From positions 1 through 64,000 of the IMG/VR virus record IMGVR_UViG_3300032247_001693: a stretch of DNA of 64,000 nucleotides, one strand, 5' to 3'. The position numbers and the translations under genes are program-made. The notes beneath the pieces were generated by a model. The model saw only the letters and a list, made by a program, of their open reading frames with translations, had not been told where the DNA came from and ran no database searches. The stretch is from a virus (Duplodnaviria > Caudoviricetes). Below, in pieces: positions 34,461 to 43,016 of the stretch. Numbering within the stretch: position 1 is the first letter of the stretch; every line of letters starts with the position of its first letter.

Positions 34461-36250
34461 TTAAAGATAGTGAGCATCACACCCAATATCCCGAAGTTGA
34501 GTAGCCACACGATGCCCAATATGATAGTCAGCTATTTCCATAGAGTTAGGCTTTCCATCTTCATATCCACTATATCGATAGTCGCCACAAGATCCACCAC
34601 GAACAACATCACAGAACTTTTTAGCTTCATATAAGCTAGTTCCGGCTGTGTTACGAATAATCCTAATAGCATTAATAAATTGATCTGGAGGAATACTTTT
34701 CAAAATTAATGTTGCACACCTAGAAAAACTATCGATGGGGGGAATAGAGCATTCTGCTGGCGGTACACTAACAATAGCATCCTCCAAAGCTTTCAACAGC
34801 TTATTATACAGATCATCACAACTAGTGCTTTCAATAATAGCAACGATCTCTTTTACCGTCAAACTAACATTAACCATTTTTTCTATCTCCTAATTTTGAA
34901 TCATTCACAATAGTTTGAAAATCTTTTGCAAGAGCAGTCCAATCGTCCCGTTCGATCTCTGGGTGGTCAAAATAAAAATCGTCAAGAATTTCTGCTGCTG
35001 TTTTTGGAAACGCCCAATCAAACAACGACATAAAACCCTTTAGTAGCCAACTCACTCCCCACCTCCTAGCCTTGCAAGCATGTTGCGGAGAACGGCCACG
35101 CCCCAGCCCATTTCGTGAAGCTGTTCAATCACAGCTTCAATCGCATCCAGCTCCTCCGGTCGCAGCCGTAGCCGCTCCACCTCTGCCCTCAGAAATTCAA
35201 TTTCTTTAATAGTCTCTTGAATCAACTCATACTCAGTTTTGTCTCCATAGAGCTCCCAAACATTATTACATGTCCAAATTGATTTCAGCATGTCAACAAG
35301 ATTATTAACGTCAGTCATTCTTTCTCTTCTTTGTGTATGGGCGGGATTTTTGTTATTCTCGCTATGGCTAACCCGCATTCCCACAGATCAGTTGGGAGCT
35401 ACCCAACCACTTTGTGTCACCAATATAGCATACGTTCTTGGTTTGTCAAGCGTACAACACCGAATGAATCGGATTTTCGTTGGTGACTTTTTATTGCAAG
35501 GGACGGGTGGGTTCGTTTCAACAATGCGTTAGCATCTCCACTGACCACCTACTCTACTACCGGCTTAGTAGCTAGCAAGCATCGTGAGCCACTCAAGTGG
35601 CCTAGCAATCCCTTTTGTATTGTCAAGATAAACGGTTCACCTCATCGGAATGCGCCTGCGCCTCCTGCTCCCAATATTCAGCGGCTCGCCGCAGCCGCTC
35701 CACCTCTAACCTGAGAGATTTAATCTCTTTGATAGCCTTTTGAATCAACCTATACTCAATATGATTACCACCACATTCATAACATGAAGATAATCCAATG
35801 AAATCAAGTCTATCTACGATATCTTTAACGTCATTCATTTTTATTCCAAGCCTCCAAATTAGTTTCTTTCTCCAGAATCTTTGACAAACTATTCATCCAC
35901 TCATTTGCAGACTTCATAGCATCAGGTCCCATAGTAGTCATGATCCAATGCCATTCGCCTTCGCAATTAGCCAACACAGACCAACAATCAGCACCGTTTT
36001 TTTCTATCTTCAGCAACATTATTTTCCTTTTCCTTTTCTAACCAAACATCTCGTACTCTTCATCAGTCAACGCCACCTCATCTGGACGATAACATCCGTT
36101 ACCATGCAAATCACGATTAGTAGGACGCTTTTCCCACTCATCCATAAATCGCTTGTTTTCAATACGACGCTTTTCTTCTTCATTCTTCTCTATCATTTGT
36201 CTTCCTCTTTCTTGTTCTATCATTCTACACCTATCATCGGTAGTTGTCAA
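34461..36250 (-). other. Cassette of small hypothetical ORFs, including paralogs 35052-35330 and 35623-35838
   Basis: Both paralogs share M.DV..(I/L)VD.L...LIQ..IKEI..LR.EVERLR. Confidence 0.6.
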
Positions 36251-36280
36251 GCCCCCTCTTTAAGAAAAATGCGTTTGATG

Positions 36281-36358
36281 TAAGTTGTTGAGAAATAAAC
36301 ACTTAGGACAAATCGGCCCGCCCGCTTTCGCCCTAAGTCCTTTATGGACAAGGGTTTG
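36281..36358. repeat. Double-palindrome element, copy 14
   Basis: Same geometry. Confidence 0.88.
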
Positions 36359-36367
36359 CGGTTAGTC

Positions 36368-36664
36368 TCAAAAATCCCCATCATCTAGGTGCCAATCATC
36401 GGGTTGGTCGGCATCACACCCATAGCCCCCAAAATCGTCATCCCCGTAGCTCCCGTAGTCCTCATCAGTGCCAAAACCGGCACTTGATAGGGCGGATTCG
36501 TGGTCGCCGTCCATAGAATCATCATAATCTTCATCCTCATCATCCCAATCACAATCATCATCTTCCCAATCGTCATCTTCATCCCAATCATCATCATCAT
36601 CATCAAAATAGCCCTCAACTTCGTTTTCGTAGTCGTAGTCGTGAAGGGGGTCAGGATGGCTCAT
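36368..36664 (-). CDS. Very acidic low-complexity protein (D/E/W/Y-rich)
   Basis: DDDWDEDDDWEDDDCDW repeats and a SMDGDHESALSSAGFGTDEDY motif; possibly a DNA-mimic or decoy (inference). Confidence 0.65.
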   Translation of the reverse strand: MSHPDPLHDYDYENEVEGYFDDDDDDWDEDDDWEDDDCDWDDEDEDYDDSMDGDHESALSSAGFGTDEDYGSYGDDDFGGYGCDADQPDDWHLDDGDF

Positions 36665-37008
36665 CTTAAAAACTCCAAAGGGTTAGGACTGATGGATGTA
36701 GTATACCGGGACAAAAACAATTGTCAAGAGGTCTGATACTCGTATGGTACAAATTCTTCAACGATCCCCACAGCTTCGGCCCAATCCCAAAAATTGATTT
36801 CAAGATTAGGATCGTCGATAGGCTCGACCATCATCTCAAGGATAGAATCATCACCCAACTGATTCAGCACCAGATTCATTTCATCCAAATTGAACATAGT
36901 AGAATTCCTTGATAGGGTTATCGGCCTGATGAAATCATTCTACTAAGTATATCGACAAGGTCAAGAGCATCCCCTTAAATATTTTTCTTGCAATATCTTA
37001 AGGTAGCG

Positions 37009-37086
37009 TAAAGTCTTGAAGAATAAGGACTTACGTCAAAAGCGGGCGCCCGCCCTAGCTGCAAGTCTTTTGCAGATAAGGACTTA
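37009..37086. repeat. Double-palindrome element, copy 15
   Basis: Same geometry; the stop of ORF 37090-37461 lies 4 nt away. Confidence 0.9.
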
Positions 37087-37089
37087 CGT

Positions 37090-37461
37090 TCAGTCTTCAA
37101 TTTCGCGGAAAATTGAGATTTCCAACCCAGATGCCATAATGGCAGCATACTGTTCGACCATAGCTGCCACTCTGTCAGATGATCCCGGCTTGCCAACTGG
37201 CAGCAACATTAGGTCATCAGCGTTTTTCAGTCTCTTATTGACTTTTTCTTTCTTGCTGGTAGAAATTTTCTTCAAGGCTTTTTGATTGAACTTCAAAACT
37301 TTTTCCGTAACCAACACCCTCTTTCGGGTGGCTAGTTCACAAGAGTAGGTTTCATCCTCGATTACCAGATGGTCTGCAATCTCAACCATATCGGGAATCG
37401 CTAGACCCAGGAAACAATTGCGGGCCTGCCGCTTTGCTCTCTCAACAATCTCAAATTTCAT
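37090..37461 (-). CDS. Hypothetical protein, paralog of 39005-39322
   Basis: MKFEIVERAKRQARNCFLGLAIP versus MKFAIVENAKRQARNCFLGIAIP. Confidence 0.75.
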   Translation of the reverse strand: MKFEIVERAKRQARNCFLGLAIPDMVEIADHLVIEDETYSCELATRKRVLVTEKVLKFNQKALKKISTSKKEKVNKRLKNADDLMLLPVGKPGSSDRVAAMVEQYAAIMASGLEISIFREIED

Positions 37462-37804
37462 CGTAAAATCCCTTGTGAAGTTAGAACTTGTCTCGATATT
37501 CTACAGGAAGATTCAAGCCTTGTCAACCTTACAATACCGCAAGGTTTACGCATCTTCCCACTTATGTTCGGACTGATTATAAATCTTCACCTGCTCAACG
37601 CCGGTCTTCACCACCACCGCTTTGCGAACATCCATCCAATCCTTACCCGAAAACGGCCCAAGATACTTGCCATCGACGGTGAACACGCAGAAATTCTTGA
37701 CTTTCATATTTTTCTCACTGGGTTTGGTTTTGGTACTCATGTCATCATTATACACTCTTATCGGCATTTGTCAATAGCGATCTTGAAGAATTTTGATATT
37801 GATC

Positions 37805-37882
37805 TAAGTTGTTGAAAAATAAGGACTTACGACGATCCGGGGCGCCCGCCCTTGCCGCAAGTCCTTTGAGGCTAAGGGTTTA
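37805..37882. repeat. Double-palindrome element, copy 16
   Basis: Same geometry. Confidence 0.9.
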
Positions 37883-38847
37883 GGAGCGATGTAATTTTGG
37901 GTCGTTTTTTGAGCCACGATAGAAACGATCACGGGAAGCTTCCGCCATCGGGCAGGAAAATCCCATTTTGTTTCTCCACCGGAGCAAACTTTTGATAGCT
38001 GCCCCAGTTTCACCATTAACTACATCTTCTGTCACAACAATAGTACCGTCTTCAACTTTGACCAGAGCAACTAGCGTCTTACCCTGTTGTGGACGCACCA
38101 CAATTGTCAAGCCATTAGAGGCCCGATCTATTTCGCATTGTCGAAGTTTCATAGGCCACCATTAAATTGCCTTATTGATTTTGTGATAAAGAGCCTTCAA
38201 TCTCTCTAATTCATCCTCATAAGAAACATTTGTTTCTTTGGTACTATACTCATACGTCTTAAGAATCTCAACCTTTTTCATCCGCGACATAACAGACATA
38301 CTCAGGTCAAACAATTCAGAAGGACTAAACATTACCAACTCCTTTTTAGGTTACTTACTACTATATCGACATTTTACCCTGTAGATTCCAGTTTGTCAAG
38401 AAAAATCTTTCCTTGCAAAACCTACAGATTAACCCATCTTCAACAGACCCCCTATTCTCGCTGACTATACCACATAGCCGCAAATCCGGAGGATTAGGAA
38501 AAACAATGAAGACCCCCCCTTCAGACCCAAGCCACCGCCCAAAACCCCCAAACCTCCCAGACTACCCAACTACCACAACCACCCCAACTACCCCAGACTT
38601 CCTAGAATTCATATCCTGTATAGCCTTCACAGTATACGGGAGCATAGTTCACCTAATTGATAAGGATTGCAAAGATAATTCCGCAAATCAGACAAATCCC
38701 CAAAATCGCCCTATCTTTCCTACTCATCCTATTTCCCCTATCTTCTATTAGTTTTCCAATCTGCTTCTATTACCATATATCGTCCATTTTACCATCCAAA
38801 CTTGAACTTGTCAAACCTTAAAATTTCGTAAGGTAGATCATTCGTCG

Positions 38848-38925
38848 TAAGTGCTTGAAGAATAAAGACTTACGTCAAGGTGGGGCGGCCCGTTTTGCTC
38901 TAAGTCCTTATTTTTCAACACTTTA
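38848..38925. repeat. Double-palindrome element, copy 17
   Basis: Same geometry. Confidence 0.9.
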
Positions 38926-39004
38926 TGTCAAGTGCTAAAACTAGTGGACAAAAGACCACCACCCCCACCAGAGAGGTAGTGTACATGCTTATCCCCCGTT
39001 GGGG

Positions 39005-39322
39005 TTATGCAACCTCCCCAAAGGCGGAGAGTTCCAACCGAGCCACCACACCATATTGAGCGGCCAGCAGTTCAACACGCTCACGCGAACCGGGGAGAGT
39101 ACCACCAGCAGAAATCATGAGATCATCACCCCTACTCATGCGGGGGTCATTCTTGACCTTTGCAACCTTGCCAGCATTCTTCAAGGCTTTGCGATTGAAC
39201 TTCAAAACCTTCTCAACCACCACCATCTCTCCGTCGATGTTCTTAGCTTCGGAAGGGATAGCGATTCCCAAAAAGCAGTTACGGGCTTGACGCTTGGCAT
39301 TTTCTACGATTGCAAACTTCAT
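39005..39322 (-). CDS. Hypothetical protein, paralog of 37090-37461
   Basis: Direct alignment; the start was trimmed to MKFAIV. Confidence 0.75.
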   Translation of the reverse strand: MKFAIVENAKRQARNCFLGIAIPSEAKNIDGEMVVVEKVLKFNRKALKNAGKVAKVKNDPRMSRGDDLMISAGGTLPGSRERVELLAAQYGVVARLELSAFGEVA

Positions 39323-40182
39323 TTTCACATCCTCAAGGTTTCTCATTCTCATACCCCTATTATACAGGGGAGTTTTGGAATTGCAAGCACAAAGTTTCCT
39401 TAAATTTTCGTAAGGTAGTCGAAAGCTCTGGAAACCGCAGTATCCAAAAACCCCCGCACAATCTCCCCACCAGCCTTGAAAACTTCGTGTACGGTGTAGG
39501 TGAGGAATGCACAAAAGGTCAGTATACAGGTGATCATTACGATATCGTAGAGCATGTTTTCCTCTTAAGCTACTTTGATGAAAATTTCGACTACGCCAGA
39601 CTTCGTTGACAGTGTGACCAGAAATTTCCGACCGCTACCATCTTCAATCCTCATACCATTTACCAAACCAATGAATGGCATATCTACTGAATCATACAGC
39701 AGAATTTCATACCGACCACGCATAGCCTCTACAATATCGCTCAAAAGATAGACCTTGCGAATCGAGCGGGGTACTACAGTGTTCATTTTTCTTTTTCCTT
39801 TTTCTCTACTGGTTATATCGTCATTATACAGGGGAAACTTTAGTTGTCAAGTCCTATTCACCATCATATCCGACATACCAAATCTCACCTTTTTCATCAG
39901 CCATTTTCTTGAATCCCTTTTTTGCCATGTGACGATCTTGAATGAAATTATCTACAATTCCAAAAGCCTGAGCCATCAGCCAGAAGCCTACCGTCATGGA
40001 AAGATAGATGGTGGCAATCAGAGCGATCCAGCAGAGAGCAATTATGAGGCTTGTCATTTTCTTATTCCTGTTTTTTCTTTTCCCTACGTCTTATATCGTC
40101 ATTATACAGGCTTTTCTTTAGCCGTCAAGCATATTTTCCAGAATTTTCGGAATATAATTTCATGCCAAACATAATTTTTCTT

Positions 40183-40217
40183 TGGCATGTTATTTGCTCT
40201 TTGCAAAAGTTGTGCCA
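40183..40217. promoter_or_regulatory. Head-to-head sigma54 consensus pair
   Basis: TGGCATGTTATTTGCT (+, 40183-40198), 3-nt gap, TGGCACAACTTTTGCA (-, 40202-40217). Confidence 0.7.
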
Positions 40218-40242
40218 AACTCAAAAAAATATGGATTCGACG

Positions 40243-40320
40243 TAAGTGCTTGAAGAATAAGGACTTAGAGATAGCCGGGGCGGGCCGATTCGACGTAAGT
40301 CCTTTGGTGGTAAGGGTTTA
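40243..40320. repeat. Double-palindrome element, copy 18
   Basis: Same geometry. Confidence 0.9.
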
Positions 40321-40421
40321 CGTCAAGTGGCCTTTTCGCATCCCTCGTCCGTGGGGGTAGTTCCACCATAAGGCAGATCTTCCCCCCGGCTGGGGAGTGT
40401 ACGTTTGGTTACCCCCCAAAA

Positions 40422-40652
40422 TCAGTAGTAGATAAAATCGTTGACGATATTTCCTGCAATGTCAACCCCGATGAATTCATCCTCATCATCGCATGGGAAA
40501 AAATTCCTGATTTCCATTCCACTACCAAAAGCTTCAACCAAAAGAGCCCCACCAATACGGGCGATTCCCACCAGAGTATCGGGAGAGGAAGAATCTTCCC
40601 CATAGAGCAATTCATTCAGTTCGGCACGGGTGTTGATGGTGATCATTTTCAT
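40422..40652 (-). CDS. Hypothetical protein, paralog of 42287-42514
   Basis: MITINTRAELNELLYG...DTLVGIARIGG versus MITINNRTELNEILYG...DTLVGVARFGG; both end (N/D)D(F/C)IYY. Confidence 0.75.
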   Translation of the reverse strand: MKMITINTRAELNELLYGEDSSSPDTLVGIARIGGALLVEAFGSGMEIRNFFPCDDEDEFIGVDIAGNIVNDFIYY

Positions 40653-41040
40653 TTTTCCTTTTTCTACTGGTCTTTTCTCTTGTGTTTCAATTATACAGAG
40701 TATATCGTCCCCTGTCAAGCCCCCACCTTAGAAAAATATCGGACAAATTCCAGCCGAATATCTTCACGATTGAAAGGGAATTTTCCGTTGTAGGTATCGT
40801 TCCACATCTTCTCTACCATTGGCATAGCATCCATCCAAGTTTCGGCTGTTACGAATCCGAAACTCCACTCGCCACGGGAGGTTGCGACCAAAATCTCAAA
40901 TTGAATTTCATTTTTCATTTTCATTTCCTTCTCTTGTGTTTTCCCTGTCATGCTTTCATTATACAGAGTATATCGGCAGTGTCAAGAAAATTCTGGAATA
41001 TTTTTGAAATATAATTTCGTGCCAAATAAAATTTTTCTTG

Positions 41041-41075
41041 TGGTATGATATTTGCTAGTAGCGAATGCTGTGCCA
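41041..41075. promoter_or_regulatory. Head-to-head sigma54-like pair
   Basis: TGGTATGATATTTGCT (+), 3-nt gap, TGGCACAGCATTCGCT (-). Confidence 0.6.
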
Positions 41076-41135
41076 AAGTTTCCTTACAATTTCGTAAGGT
41101 TGGCGCAACCCCATCAGTTTAGCTAATACTAGACG

Positions 41136-41213
41136 TAAGCTCTTGAGAAATAAGGACTTAGGTCGAGCCGGGGCGCCCCGTTTTGACGCAAGTCCTTTGG
41201 TGGCAAGACTTTA
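41136..41213. repeat. Double-palindrome element, copy 19
   Basis: Same geometry. Confidence 0.9.
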
Positions 41214-41647
41214 CGTCGAATGGGTTTTGAGTAGTGAACAACCATACAGACCACCCCCCAAATAGGGTAGTGTACAGATGATCACCCCGCCTTAGATATA
41301 CTTCTTGACTCCCCACTTGTAAGCAGTGATACGCTTACCCTCAATTCTCACCTTCCCAGTCTTCTTACTAGTGATCCTCAATTCTGCCTTGCTACCATCA
41401 GCACAATCAGCACAACGGTAGTAGACATCAAATCGATCATCCTTGCTCCAATTGATCACGATCATGCTGACATCCTCATTACGCAGGATGAAATTTGTGG
41501 TAGTACGATTGATGCTGCTATTCATGGGATCGAATCCTAGTAGGTTAATGGGTCTCTCACCATTCTACATTCATTATCGTCTATCGTCAAGCCTCCCCAA
41601 TAAAAATTCTTCAAATATAATCTTGTGCCAAAAAACCTTTTTCTATT

Positions 41648-41682
41648 TGGTATACCATTTGCTCTATGCAAGTATCGTGCCA
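41648..41682. promoter_or_regulatory. Head-to-head sigma54 consensus pair
   Basis: TGGTATACCATTTGCT (+), 3-nt gap, TGGCACGATACTTGCA (-). Confidence 0.7.
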
Positions 41683-41707
41683 AACCGTGAAAAATTTTCA
41701 TTTGACG

Positions 41708-41785
41708 TAAGTGTTTGATACATAAGGACTTAGAGCTATCCGGGGCCGCCCGATTTGACGTAAGTCCTTTATTCATAAGGGTTTA
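41708..41785. repeat. Double-palindrome element, copy 20
   Basis: tttgacg-TAAGTGTTT-gatacat-AAGGACTTA-N28-TAAGTCCTT-tattcat-AAGGGTTTA-cgtcaa. Confidence 0.9.
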
Positions 41786-42286
41786 CGTCAAGCCTGTGTT
41801 CACTACTGTACATACCAACACATACGCCCCCCATTAGGGGAGTGTACGCTTGGCTACCCTGCCATGTGGGGGTTGTGTCAGCCCCCCTCATCTTCGGGCG
41901 ACCAGTCTACATCGTCAGGATCAACACCATCAAAAGCGTCAAGATCATAAACGTCCCCATCCTCAAAATTCTCAATATCCTCATCACCATCCTCAAACAC
42001 CACATCACAATGTTCCCAGCAGCAGGGACACAACTCAAGATCGGCCACATCTATCACCACCTCTACACCACAGCATTCGCTCTTCATTGTCTTATTCCTT
42101 TTCCTGAGCCTGCAATTCGATAACCAATTTCCAGCACACATCAAACGTCACATGACGGGCCACTACCTTGCCACCGTACCACACTTCATATCGGTCGCCC
42201 GTGCGATTTGAAGTATTCCAGTAGATCATTTTTTTGCTCATTGAATTATTGTAGGGAAATTTTCTAGCCCTGTCAACCCCCCAAAA

Positions 42287-42514
42287 TCAGTAGTAGATGC
42301 AATCGTCAACCACGATTCCGTTCGCGTCAACTTCAATCCATTCACCTTCATCTCCCATTGGGAAGAAACCAGTGATCTGGCGGAAATCAGTTTCCAAAGC
42401 TTCGGAGAGCAATTCTCCACCAAAACGGGCGACACCAACCAAAGTGTCATAATGTTCGGTAGTCCCACCATAAAGGATTTCGTTCAGTTCGGTGCGATTG
42501 TTGATGGTGATCAT
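42287..42514 (-). CDS. Hypothetical protein, paralog of 40422-40652
   Basis: Direct alignment. Confidence 0.75.
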   Translation of the reverse strand: MITINNRTELNEILYGGTTEHYDTLVGVARFGGELLSEALETDFRQITGFFPMGDEGEWIEVDANGIVVDDCIYY

Positions 42515-42650
42515 TTTCGTTGTCCTTTTTTCTATCGTTCTCTTCTCTTCTTCTACCATTATACAGACTCTATCGACGCTTGCAAGCAAAATCTTGAAAA
42601 TTTTCAAAATATAATTTCGTACCAAATAAAAAAATTTTTTTCTATCCGAA

Positions 42651-42719
42651 TGGCACACAATTTGCTCTATGCAAAAGTTATGCCAAACAAAATTATTCCG
42701 TTTTGGCACAAAATTTGCT
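42651..42719. promoter_or_regulatory. Sigma54 consensus cluster (pair plus a third site)
   Basis: TGGCACACAATTTGCT (+, 42651), 3-nt gap, TGGCATAACTTTTGCA (-, 42670-42685), and TGGCACAAAATTTGCT (+, 42704-42719). Confidence 0.72.
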
Positions 42720-42738
42720 AGCGCGGATCGATTTGACG

Positions 42739-42816
42739 TAAAGTGTTGATATATAAGGACTTAGAACGAGCGGGGGCGTCCGGATTTGACGTAAGTCCTT
42801 TAGATATAAGGGTTTA
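42739..42816. repeat. Double-palindrome element, copy 21 (last)
   Basis: Same geometry. Confidence 0.9.
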
Positions 42817-43016
42817 GGTCAAGTCCCCACCTAAAGGGGGGTTTTTTCATTCTAGATAAGCTGGGCAATTTAGGCAGGAAAAACGCCGGGTGGTCTACAC
42901 ATAACAAGCCCATCCCCTATAAATTAGCCAGTTTAATAGCCACTTTCTTTAAATAAAAAAAGGCAAGGCTCCTCCTAAGAACCCTGCCTCTTTTAAAACA
43001 GTACAATCTATTAACT

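Noticed and set aside
35400-35620. Possible 6S-like or structured RNA between two paralogous ORFs
   Set aside because: Only two small hairpins are present, and most of the stretch is explained by promoter sequences; there is no long rod-like pairing I could verify.
36368-36664. GAT/GAC-rich tandem repeat as a DNA-level repeat element
   Set aside because: It is explained by the acidic low-complexity protein it encodes.
21490-42816. CRISPR or simple rho-independent terminator interpretation of the double-palindrome element
   Set aside because: Spacing between copies is irregular (about 0.4-2 kb) and contains genes, and there is no consistent U-tract. A terminator or processing role is not fully excluded but does not explain the fixed 7/28/7 spacing.
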